This document shows positions 54,401-61,635 of a DNA stretch of 64,000 nucleotides, one piece after another (positions within the stretch are counted from its first letter, which is position 1; each line of letters begins with the position of its first letter). The notes beneath the pieces are model-generated. The model saw nothing but the letters and a program-made list of their open reading frames with translations, was not told the DNA's origin and made no database searches. Source of the DNA: Holophagales bacterium UBA5066 (GTDB lineage Bacteria > Acidobacteriota > Thermoanaerobaculia > UBA5066); NCBI GenBank assembly GCA_002414905.1, contig DIAY01000107.1, positions 11,009 through 75,008 of the forward strand, read 5' to 3'. The position numbers and the translations under genes were made by a program.

Positions 54401-55284
54401 TCCCAGCACCGAAGCGACCGCGGGTCCCACCGATCGAGATCTCGCGCGAGCAGAACGAGGGGAGGTCCTGCTTCAGGCGCCGGCGATTCCCCGCGGGCCA
54501 GGGCGCGCAGGGCTCCGGCACGAGGATCGGACCCGAGTCCCCCGGCCAGCTCCGCGAGCGAAGCTCCGTCTTCCGCGGAGGCGGGCGGTCCCGCTTCGGC
54601 GAACGCGGTTTCACCGGGTGCACGGCGGGCCGCGCCCCTTGCGAGCCAGTCGGCGGCGCCGCCTGTGGCGACGAGCCTTTCACCGGACGTCGGGGTGAGC
54701 TCGCGCGGAACCGCGAGACCGAGCAGATCCAACGCGACCCGCTCACCGGCGTCGCCCGTTCGGGCCAGGTCGAGGAGCAGCGCATCGGACGGGCGAGCGC
54801 CGTCGGCAGCCCGCAGAACCGCCGCCACGACCTCGGCCGCTCGCGCCGGGACGCCGTCGCCGAGAGCTTCCTCGAGCTCCCTCCGCGCCTCGCCCTTGCG
54901 TCCACAGGCCACCTCCCGCCCTGCGAGCCGGAGTGCGGTCACGCCGAGGACGACCGGCGCCGGAACCGCTCTCCAGGTCGGGACCGGCGGCGAGGCGAGC
55001 CAGGGGACGTCGCTGCTTCCCGGTCGGATTCCGAGCTCCTTCACTCCCTCCGCGGAAAGGCCGAGACCATGTGCGCCGAGGAAAGAGAGGAGGCCCGCGA
55101 GCCGGACGAGGAACCCGGCGTGCGCGGCGTCCGACAGGTCTTCCGGGAGGCGCCGCGGAGCCGGCGCCGGACCGAGAACCCAGGCCGCTCCCTCCCGGCG
55201 GCCCCACGTGAAGAGGGGGAGCGAGGCGTGAAGGAAGCGGCCGACCTCAGCCGCGCCCGCGAACACGTCGGCCCCGGGAATCAC
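51412..55284 (-). CDS. Sigma-54-dependent transcriptional activator with ~950-aa N-terminal helical-repeat (TPR-like) sensor region
   Basis: The C-terminal third is a canonical bEBP: Walker A GESGTGKE, GAFTGA loop (RGAFTGAD), FLDEIGDL, an R-finger region, and a Fis-type HTH (AGGNRTRAAAILDLSRQSLLYEMKRL). The N-terminus has no receiver, PAS or GAF that I recognise. The start is uncertain (GTG 55284 chosen; GTG 55335 and 55266 are possible). Confidence 0.8.
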   Translation of the reverse strand: MIPGADVFAGAAEVGRFLHASLPLFTWGRREGAAWVLGPAPAPRRLPEDLSDAAHAGFLVRLAGLLSFLGAHGLGLSAEGVKELGIRPGSSDVPWLASPPVPTWRAVPAPVVLGVTALRLAGREVACGRKGEARRELEEALGDGVPARAAEVVAAVLRAADGARPSDALLLDLARTGDAGERVALDLLGLAVPRELTPTSGERLVATGGAADWLARGAARRAPGETAFAEAGPPASAEDGASLAELAGGLGSDPRAGALRALARGESPAPEAGPPLVLLARDLDRWDPRSLRCWEALPRTLVGVLRVETRAEAPPPWQNVALLTPRLGREEISGLVHLPFASAPAFSRFWEELAARAAGDPVRLLGAARQAARAFLAGPRRGGVARRGGVPVDIVLRAAALLGDGFPLAEASAAGGASPERAAEVLEESCDAGVLLRSSRGTYGFSRDEERRRLESELTRAERESCLARLEESGAGPHRLLLARLAAWGGGSDVETARVRLEDAVRSGRLEEATALLARAPRAAPDLGEPLLATQVHAAAGRMEDARASAARIDAHRALEEPYVRRREAARLLARLGEGEKALSLLPANGNREELLARVELLLRLRREPEAAGILEAFGPGEGSCAARVHLLRAELHERRQELVAAEEELRAVAAALPVSAGEEELVDEAFTAGYLALGLGRPCEARAFFRSACDEARTPSRKADALYDLSVAAAEDGALAEAESSLAEALALFSSLGERDRYLTALGQRAALALRRSDVQAAQHDLKKVLAHDRLPGRTFQLLFSIPLRQRLALADGDDVDGAEAFGEAVSRLEAGDEEHPALREILVLEGARLLACGSAAEALARLEEAEPRPDARSGVEPYRVRLVASARRDLHRTAPVPPELDAVQQTLFEGEDRLARGLAPPAAVRQALAGLLDRPDGPLEVATRLLEWRGRYPAFFAGEESAPLRQLGQRAARRAGLDGAAARFQELTASSARPEAVVAGPPTPSLVAEDAATREVFDTVRRVAPHRISVLVLGESGTGKELVAREIHRASGRSGPFVALNVAALPETLAEAELFGAVRGAFTGADRDRPGVVEASSGGTLFLDEIGDLSAQVQAKLLRVLQEREVRRLGETRTRAVDLRLVAATHRDLVRLVGEGRFRGDLLYRIAGITVTLPPLRDRPRDLRVLLERALAGTPVAPQARAALLSWSWPGNVRELLSAIEVARAMAGPGSRVEREHLPPPLRVATAAPRPGKGRYREAVDEAKRRVILETLAEAGGNRTRAAAILDLSRQSLLYEMKRLSITD

Positions 55285-55405
55285 CCAGGCCGACCGGTAA
55301 CCGGTCCTCCGTTCCGCCCGCTCTCTCTCTCCCACACACTCTCCGAAGGTTGGCGGGATTTTCGCACGCCCCTGGAGTCGTTCCGTTCTTCCAGCGGGAG
55401 CGCGG

Positions 55406-56665
55406 TCACCCCGGGAGCAGCAGAGCCGCCCAGTCGTCCCAGAAGCGGGGATAGGACTTGGAGACGACCCCGGGCGAATCGAGCGTGCACCCCTCCGGGA
55501 GCGTGAGCGCGAGAACCGCCGCGGCCATCGCGACGCGGTGGTCGTCCGCGGCGGCGAAGTCGGCTCGCCGGGGAGATCCCGCCGGCCCGTCGATGACGAG
55601 GGACGGGTCTGCTTCCGGCCCCTCGACCCGACAAACCGCCCCCGACCGTTCGAGAAGATCCAGCGCAGCGCCAAGACGATCCGACTCCTTGGCTCGAAGC
55701 CTCGAGACGCCGTGGAGGCGGGAGGTCCCGCGCGAGAAGGCCTGTAGAGCGGCGAGCGGCAGCGCCGCGTCGGGCGCGGAGTCGACGTCCGCATCGACAG
55801 CCTCGACGAAACCGGCGCCCCGTCCCTGCACGACGAGCACCGCACCTTCGCCCTTCCCCTCCCAGCGGAGTCCGGCACCCGCTTCGACCGCCCACCGCCG
55901 AAAGGCCGCGTCAGGCTGCGGCGAATCCGGGTCGAGGCCCTCGAGCCTCACGCACCCGCCGGAAACGAGGGCGCCGGCGATCGGGAAGCAGGCGGCCGAG
56001 TCGTCCCCGGGGACGACGAAGCGAGCCGGACGGTAGGCCCCCTCGGGCGCGAAGGCCGTCAGGACGCGACGAGTCAGCTCGACGTACGCGTCCGAGACCC
56101 GGCGGCCTTCGGTCCGGACCCGAAGGCCGCCCGCCACGAGGGGCGAGGCGAGGAGGAGCGCCGAGACGAACTGGGACGAGACGTCGGCACGAACCGGGAT
56201 TTCGCCCCCCGTCAGCGTCCCTCCTTCGATCCTCAGCGGCAGGAACCCCTCCAGACCGAGCGTCTCGATCCGGGCGCCACGGGCGCGCAAGGCCTCGACG
56301 AGCGGGCCCATCGGCCTCTCTCTCATCCTCGCGCTCCCGTCGAGGACGAATCGACCCGGCAGGGCGGGCAGGAGCGCGAGGAGGAACCGGGCGGGAGTCC
56401 CGGCCGGCCCTACGTCGATCACCGCCTCTTCCCGGCCGGATCCCGACAGCGGCCCGGCTACTTTCCAGGTCGTCCGACCCGCTTCGATCGTCGCCCCCAG
56501 CCGGACGAGAGCGCTCGAGAGAACCCGGGTGTCGTCGGAGTCGAGCGGCGCGACGATCTCGCTCCGCCCCGGGGCGAGCGCGGCCGCCACGAGTGCCCGG
56601 TTCGTGACGCTCTTGGAACCGGGAACCCGAAGCTCGCCGGCGAGGCGGCCGCGGGAAAGCCTCAT
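55406..56665 (-). CDS. aroA: 3-phosphoshikimate 1-carboxyvinyltransferase (EPSP synthase)
   Basis: 419 aa from ATG 56665, forming ATGA with the upstream stop. LRVPGSKSVTNRALV..., GPAGTPARFL, MRERP, SSQFVSALLL, ...DHRVAMAAAVL motifs. Confidence 0.9.
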   Translation of the reverse strand: MRLSRGRLAGELRVPGSKSVTNRALVAAALAPGRSEIVAPLDSDDTRVLSSALVRLGATIEAGRTTWKVAGPLSGSGREEAVIDVGPAGTPARFLLALLPALPGRFVLDGSARMRERPMGPLVEALRARGARIETLGLEGFLPLRIEGGTLTGGEIPVRADVSSQFVSALLLASPLVAGGLRVRTEGRRVSDAYVELTRRVLTAFAPEGAYRPARFVVPGDDSAACFPIAGALVSGGCVRLEGLDPDSPQPDAAFRRWAVEAGAGLRWEGKGEGAVLVVQGRGAGFVEAVDADVDSAPDAALPLAALQAFSRGTSRLHGVSRLRAKESDRLGAALDLLERSGAVCRVEGPEADPSLVIDGPAGSPRRADFAAADDHRVAMAAAVLALTLPEGCTLDSPGVVSKSYPRFWDDWAALLLPG

Positions 56666-57444
56666 GCCGGCCCCGGCCGGCGGACCGCTCGCGCGAAGCT
56701 CGTCTCCTCGACGAGGCGGAAGACGCCGTCCGGGCCAATCTCGGCGTGGCGGCGCTCCTCGAGCCAGGCGGGGAGGATACGGGTGACCACACCGTCTCCC
56801 TCGTAGAGCCTCTCCACGTGAAAGTGCCCCACGAGAAGCTCGTCGTAACCCGCCGCGCGAGCCCTGTCTCCCTCCCGCCTCAGCTCCGCCTCGGGCAGGG
56901 TCCGCTTGTGCCGGAAGTTCGTCCGGTAGAGACGCGCCTCGGTCTTCTGGACAATCCGGCGGGCGAGCGGCCCGGGAATCAGCTCGAGCGCTGCGCGGGA
57001 GCCGGCGTTCTTGGAGACGTGCCGCCAGAACCGGTAGGGCAGATCGCGTGTATTCACGCGATCGCCGTGAACGAATGCGTACCTGCGCCCGCCCACCAGC
57101 AGCCCGTCCGTGTCGCCGTACGCGACGAACGCCCTTGCCCAGCGAGTTCCGCGAAGGAAAAAGTCCCGGTTCCCCTCGATGTACCGAAGCGACAGGCCCC
57201 TCTTCGCCAGTTCGTCCCAACCCGACAGGACCTTTCGGATGAGAGGCGTCTCGAGCTTGGCGCTCCCGATGAAGTAGTGAAAGATGTCCCCGAGCAGGAC
57301 GATCGTCCCGAAGCCCCGAGCCGCCACGTCCTGGAGCGCCGCGAGGAAGTCGTCCCCGTCCCCCTCGGCCTGGCCGAGGTGGGCATCGGCGAAGACGGCC
57401 ACGCCCCCTTCCGCGACAGGGCGCGGCTCCGGGAAAGGGATCAC
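56662..57444 (-). CDS. LpxH-like calcineurin-type metallophosphoesterase (candidate UDP-2,3-diacylglucosamine diphosphatase)
   Basis: About 260 aa from GTG 57444. FADAHLG, LLGDIFH and EGNRDF metallophosphoesterase motifs, with ...GHFH later. The overall layout is like LpxH. The longest ORF starts at 57471, but a TAGAAT box lies inside it. Confidence 0.7.
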   Translation of the reverse strand: MIPFPEPRPVAEGGVAVFADAHLGQAEGDGDDFLAALQDVAARGFGTIVLLGDIFHYFIGSAKLETPLIRKVLSGWDELAKRGLSLRYIEGNRDFFLRGTRWARAFVAYGDTDGLLVGGRRYAFVHGDRVNTRDLPYRFWRHVSKNAGSRAALELIPGPLARRIVQKTEARLYRTNFRHKRTLPEAELRREGDRARAAGYDELLVGHFHVERLYEGDGVVTRILPAWLEERRHAEIGPDGVFRLVEETSFARAVRRPGPA

Positions 57445-57451
57445 GGGTGGG

Positions 57452-57457
57452 ATTCTA
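57452..57457 (-). promoter_or_regulatory. Putative -10 box TAGAAT, 7 nt upstream of GTG 57444
   Basis: The minus strand reads TAGAAT-CCCACCC-GTG. Confidence 0.4.
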
Positions 57458-57541
57458 TCGGTCCGAAGCACTCCCCTGCGTGCACCCGATGACGGCTCTC
57501 ACGCCCTCGTCCGGCTCGCGGTGGTAGGTTTGACCCCTCGA

Positions 57542-60500
57542 ATGCGTACGTTCGGCGCCGCAGGCGCACTCCTCGCAGCCGCGGTCCTGGCCTCGGCTTC
57601 CTCCCCGGCTCGAGCCGAGGCGGTGAAGCTCTTCGTCGGGGACGGGGTCCGGGAGAAGCTGACGGCGGACGGGCGGGTCCGCGTCCTCTTTGCGCCGAGG
57701 GAGGCCGGGTCCGTGCCCCTCGACCATCCCCCCGGCTTCGAGGTCGTCCGATCCCTGGCGAGCGGCCGGATTCTCGCGGGCTGGCTGTCCGGGCAAGGAC
57801 TGGCGAACCTCGAACGTGACGGCGAGGCCGGAGCCGTCGTTCTGGATCGCGTCGTTCGACCCGCCGGCCAGGTCGGCACGGCCCAGGTGGGAGCCGACCG
57901 GCTCCTCGCGGCCGGCGTCACGGGTGCGGGACGGACGATCGCCATCGTCGATACCGGAATAGACCTCTTCCACCCCGACTTCGGAGCGAACGCCTCGGGA
58001 AGCGGTCGAATCGTGGGGGGCTGGAACTTCGCCGACGAAAACGCCGACATCTACGACTGTGACGGCCACGGCACCTCCGTCGCCGGCGTCGCGGCGGGCG
58101 TCCAGGGAATCGCTCCGGAGGCCTCGATCGTCGCCCTGAAGGTCTTCGGCGCCCGCGACGGCTGCCGGGGAGCGCTCGCGTCGGACGTCCTCGCGGCCGT
58201 CGACTGGGCGCTCGAGCACCGCGCCGACTACGGAATCGACGTCCTCAACCTCAGCCTGGCCGACGACCGTGTTCGAAGCGGCTTCTGCGACGCGGAGGAT
58301 CCCGTCTCCGCCCGGCTCTTCGCTCGCGCGCGAGCGGAGGGAGTCGCCGTCGTCGCCGCGTCCGGCAATTCGGGCCAGATCGCCAGCCTCTCCTGGCCGG
58401 CGTGCCACTCCGACGTCGTCAGCGTCGGTATGGTTTATTCCGCGGGACAGGGATCGGTGTCCTGGGATGGCGCGGCAGAGTGCAGCGACGCCGTGACGGG
58501 ACCCGACGTCGTTCCCTGCGTGAGCAACGGAGGGCCGGCACTGTCGCTCCTGGCTCCGGGCATCCGCTGGCTCACTCCGACGGCGGGGGGCGGACGGCGC
58601 ACGACGTTTTCCGGGACGTCCGCGGCGGCGCCGGCAGCCGCCGCGTCGCTTCTCCTCTTGCGACAGATCGCACCGTATCCAGACCCCGTTCTTGCCGCCG
58701 ACTTCCTGCGGCTCACGGGTGTCCCGGTCACGAACCAGCGGTCGCAAATGACGACGCCCCGGGTCGACGTCGGTGCTTCGTTCGTCTCCACGTCGCCGTT
58801 CACCGGACCGTGTGAACGTGTCGTTGCGTCCGAAACATCGAGCGGGGCCACGGTTTGCCGGGTTGCGATCTCGGCCCTCGTCGGGAAGGTCTCTTCTCTC
58901 GCAGTCGCTCTCTCTACCGAGAGCCCCCGGCTCACCGGTCTCAAGGCTTCGCTCACGGGCCCCGACGGAACGTCCGTGCGCCTTCTCGACCGCCCGAACC
59001 TGCCGGGAACGGTGTTCCGAGAGGTCATAGGGAGGACTGTCGACAGCGAGGAGCCCCTCTCCCGGTTCGCGGGCCGGCCTGCGGCGGGTGTCTGGACGCT
59101 TCGACTCGAGAACGGCGTCGAACCGGCCGGGAGCCGGCTGACGAGCTGGGCGCTCGCGATCGAGCCGGAGGCGCCCGCCCTTGCCGGCACCACGGAGGCG
59201 CCCGCGCGACTGCTGCCGACGATCGCGCGCAGTGCCGGCCTTTTCGGCGCTTTCTTCGCGACGGACGTCGTCCTTTTCAATCCTGACGAACAGGCCGCTG
59301 CGGCCGTGACCCTGTCGTTCCTCCCCACCGGCCGCACGAACGACTTCGCCGCATCCGTGAGCCTCTCGCTGCCCCCGCGCTCCACGCGAGTCCTGGCCGA
59401 CGTCGTCGGCAACGCCTTTCGCACCACGGGTTTCGGGCCGGTTCACGTGTCGGCCCCGAACGACGTCGTCGTAGCCAGCCGCACGGACACGACGACGGCC
59501 GGCGCCGGCGCGTACGGGCTTCTGGTTCCCGATGTCGGCCCGGAGGGCACAATCGGAAACCTCGATCCTCCGGCGTGGCTCGTCCCCGTTTTCCGTCCTG
59601 GGAGCTCGCGGGTGAACGCCGGCTTCGTCGAGGTCTCGGGGGCTTCGGCGTCCGTAGAATTCCTCATTCGGGACGGACGCGGTTCGGTCAAGGGGCGCAT
59701 CGCGTTCGACCTCCTGCCGTTCGAGAGCCGACAGGTCAACGACGTCCACCGGTCCACCTCCGTCGTGCCGACCGCGGGAGACCTCTTCGAGGTCCGCGTC
59801 CTCTCGGGATCAGGACGGCTCGTGGCCTGGGCGACCGCGGTCGACAACGGCTCGAACGACGGGCTCCTCGTGACGGCATCGCAGCTTCGCCGGGATGCCT
59901 ATCTCCCCACCGCGGCCCGCTCCTCGGGTCGATTCGGTTCGTTCTTCCGCACGGACCTCAAGATCGCCAATCCCTGGCCCTCTCCCATAAACATCCGGAT
60001 CTCCTACTTCCCCTCGAAAGGGGATGGCCCCTACCAGCTGATCCTCAGCCTGGGAGCGTGGGAGACGCGCCTCTTCGAGGACGTCCTCTCCAGCCTCCTC
60101 AGCCTGCCCGAAGACTCCGCCGGGGCACTGAGGCTCACCGTTCTCGGAACCGTTCCTGGTTTCGTCGCCTCGAGCCGCACCTACGCCCAGGAGTCCGGGA
60201 AGAGCTACGGCCTCGCGATCGGCGTCCTCGAGAACGCCGAGGCAGTCGCCGGCGAGCGGATCGCGCTCACCTTCCTCTCCTCCTCCCCGGCAGTGCGAAC
60301 GAATCTGGGCTTCCTCGAGACGTTCGGCTTCGCGACACGAATCAGGGTGACGCTCGTCGACGTCGCCGGAGAGCGCCTCGCGGTCCGTGAGCTCCTCCTG
60401 GGCCGATTCGAAGCGGTCCAGTGGAACGACGTCTTCGCCGAGATGGGTGCGCCCGCACGTGAGGACGCCTCCGCGATCATCGAGGTCCTGGACGGAGGTG

Positions 60501-60607
60501 CGGTGATCGCTCACGCGATCCGCGTCGACAACCTCTCAAACGACGCGAGCTTCCTCTCCGGGCGCGTCCTCAGGCCGGCTCCTCCACGACACCTCGCCGC
60601 CCGCTGA
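57542..60607 (+). CDS. Secreted subtilisin-family (S8) serine peptidase with P-domain-like module and two C-terminal ~225-aa repeats of unknown function
   Basis: 1021 aa from ATG 57542 (signal peptide MRTFGAAGALLAAAVLASASSPARA). Catalytic D (IAIVDTGID), H (DGHGTSVAG), N (ASGNSG) and S (FSGTSAAAPAAA). A proprotein-convertase P-domain-like segment (LTGPDGTSVRLLD...GVWTLRLEN...SWALAIE) follows. Then come two repeats, each opening with LPT(I/A)ARS.G.FG.FF.TD. Confidence 0.85.
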   Translation: MRTFGAAGALLAAAVLASASSPARAEAVKLFVGDGVREKLTADGRVRVLFAPREAGSVPLDHPPGFEVVRSLASGRILAGWLSGQGLANLERDGEAGAVVLDRVVRPAGQVGTAQVGADRLLAAGVTGAGRTIAIVDTGIDLFHPDFGANASGSGRIVGGWNFADENADIYDCDGHGTSVAGVAAGVQGIAPEASIVALKVFGARDGCRGALASDVLAAVDWALEHRADYGIDVLNLSLADDRVRSGFCDAEDPVSARLFARARAEGVAVVAASGNSGQIASLSWPACHSDVVSVGMVYSAGQGSVSWDGAAECSDAVTGPDVVPCVSNGGPALSLLAPGIRWLTPTAGGGRRTTFSGTSAAAPAAAASLLLLRQIAPYPDPVLAADFLRLTGVPVTNQRSQMTTPRVDVGASFVSTSPFTGPCERVVASETSSGATVCRVAISALVGKVSSLAVALSTESPRLTGLKASLTGPDGTSVRLLDRPNLPGTVFREVIGRTVDSEEPLSRFAGRPAAGVWTLRLENGVEPAGSRLTSWALAIEPEAPALAGTTEAPARLLPTIARSAGLFGAFFATDVVLFNPDEQAAAAVTLSFLPTGRTNDFAASVSLSLPPRSTRVLADVVGNAFRTTGFGPVHVSAPNDVVVASRTDTTTAGAGAYGLLVPDVGPEGTIGNLDPPAWLVPVFRPGSSRVNAGFVEVSGASASVEFLIRDGRGSVKGRIAFDLLPFESRQVNDVHRSTSVVPTAGDLFEVRVLSGSGRLVAWATAVDNGSNDGLLVTASQLRRDAYLPTAARSSGRFGSFFRTDLKIANPWPSPINIRISYFPSKGDGPYQLILSLGAWETRLFEDVLSSLLSLPEDSAGALRLTVLGTVPGFVASSRTYAQESGKSYGLAIGVLENAEAVAGERIALTFLSSSPAVRTNLGFLETFGFATRIRVTLVDVAGERLAVRELLLGRFEAVQWNDVFAEMGAPAREDASAIIEVLDGGAVIAHAIRVDNLSNDASFLSGRVLRPAPPRHLAAR

Positions 60608-60620
60608 CGAGCTCGAACCC

Positions 60621-60815
60621 GTGGACGTACCCCGCGCCCGCGTCCTCGACGCGGACCTCGAGGAGCCCCGCTCCCGAGAGGAGCGACGCCACCTCCGCCC
60701 GCCGCACGGCACGACGACCTCCGACGGCACGGTCTTCACCACGGCCGTGAACGTCATCGCAACCGTAGGAACGGTGTCGCTCCTCGTCGCCCTCCGGGCC
60801 TTCCGCTGGCCGTGA
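60621..60815 (+). CDS. Possible small tail-anchored membrane protein (64 aa)
   Basis: The GTG-initiated ORF starts 14 nt after the S8 peptidase stop. 58 of 64 codons end in G/C, which is gene-like. It has an acidic/basic N-terminal half and a hydrophobic C-terminal segment (TVFTTAVNVIATVGTVSLLVALRAF). There is no SD and no homology that I recognise. Confidence 0.3.
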   Translation: MDVPRARVLDADLEEPRSREERRHLRPPHGTTTSDGTVFTTAVNVIATVGTVSLLVALRAFRWP

Positions 60816-61445
60816 TCACCAGGGCACGGTCTTCCCGTCCGCGTCCTTCTTTGCTTCGTCGGCGGGAAGGTTGAAGGGCAGCTCCACCTTCATGAGCTTG
60901 TTCTCGAGGACGAGGGTATAGCGGCCGGGCTTCCAGACCCCTGACGGCGACTCGAAGAAGAGATCCCCGCGCGTCAGGAGCGTCGGTCCGGCCCCGATCT
61001 CGTCCTGGACCGTCTGCTCGCCCGGGATCGCGAAGAACGGGAGGCGCTGCTCGAGAGTCTGCCGTGAGAAGTATCCATTGAGCGGGTCCCGGGCCACCGA
61101 GGCCTTCTGAACGACCCAGCTGATGTTTCTGAATCCCTCCGCGAGCCTCTTCTGGCTTGGCAGGCCGAGCCGCTCGCCGCCCGGCGTGAGAAGCGAAACG
61201 TCCTCCCGGTTCAGGTTGACGGGCTTTCCCTCGGCAGCGAACGCGAGATCGAGGAGGAGCCAGGGCTCCTTCTCGAACGACTGGTTGGCGTAGCGCCACG
61301 AGAGGACCGCCTTCACGACATCGTCCTGGTGCTGGACCACGGTCTTGCCGAGGCGCTTCACCGGTTCAGTCGCCGGGGCTGCGACGAGGCTCGCGGCGAA
61401 CGTGACGCTGGCCAACAGGGTGATCCATCTGTAGATACGACGCAT
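60816..61445 (-). CDS. Hypothetical secreted protein (209 aa)
   Basis: ATG 61445 is preceded by a perfect AGGAGG (5-nt spacing). Signal peptide MRRIYRWITLLASVTFAASLVAA. No recognised domain. The rest of the 60816-62018 ORF is non-coding-like. Confidence 0.7.
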   Translation of the reverse strand: MRRIYRWITLLASVTFAASLVAAPATEPVKRLGKTVVQHQDDVVKAVLSWRYANQSFEKEPWLLLDLAFAAEGKPVNLNREDVSLLTPGGERLGLPSQKRLAEGFRNISWVVQKASVARDPLNGYFSRQTLEQRLPFFAIPGEQTVQDEIGAGPTLLTRGDLFFESPSGVWKPGRYTLVLENKLMKVELPFNLPADEAKKDADGKTVPW

Positions 61446-61480
61446 CGATTCCTCCTGGCGTCCTCGGGAAGGGTCAGTTC

Positions 61481-61505
61481 CCTGCCACGAGGGCGATCTG
61501 GCAGG
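61481..61505. promoter_or_regulatory. Inverted repeat CCTGCCA-N11-TGGCAGG in a divergent control region (candidate operator)
   Basis: Perfect 7-bp arms (61481-61487 / 61499-61505), extendable to GTTCCCTGCCA / TGGCAGGAAC with one indel. It lies in the 190-bp gap between the 209-aa ORF and the Spy-like gene. Confidence 0.4.
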
Positions 61506-61635
61506 AACCTTCGCACATCCTGCGCCAACCATGGGATTCGGCGCGTTGGCGTAAACGGACCCCCTCCCGGCTCCGTCTGTCCGGGTGTCGGGCTGAAGGG
61601 AAACCCGAGACCCGGACGAGGAAAGGAGATACACC

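Noticed and set aside
55321-55332. A (CT)n / (GA)n dinucleotide run upstream of the sigma-54 activator gene as a phase-variable tract.
   Set aside because: There are only about five to six units. It lies in an untranslated or uncertain region, and there is no evidence of length variation from a single sequence.
60570-60818. In-frame continuation after the TGA of the 209-aa ORF: 82 further codons (possible read-through or selenocysteine), whose last ~45 codons are G/C3-rich.
   Set aside because: I see no convincing SECIS-like hairpin after the UGA. The first ~36 codons have poor codon bias. The G/C3-rich part coincides with first codon positions of the plus-strand 60621-60815 ORF and with the 3' end of the S8 gene, so it is most simply a frame shadow.
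61499-61515. A sigma-54 promoter for the Spy-like gene (TGGCAGGAACCTTCGCA).
   Set aside because: The GC of the -12 element is displaced by one nucleotide relative to the strict GG-N10-GC spacing, and -24 is TGGCAG rather than TGGCAC. I keep it only as a remark within the control-region finding.
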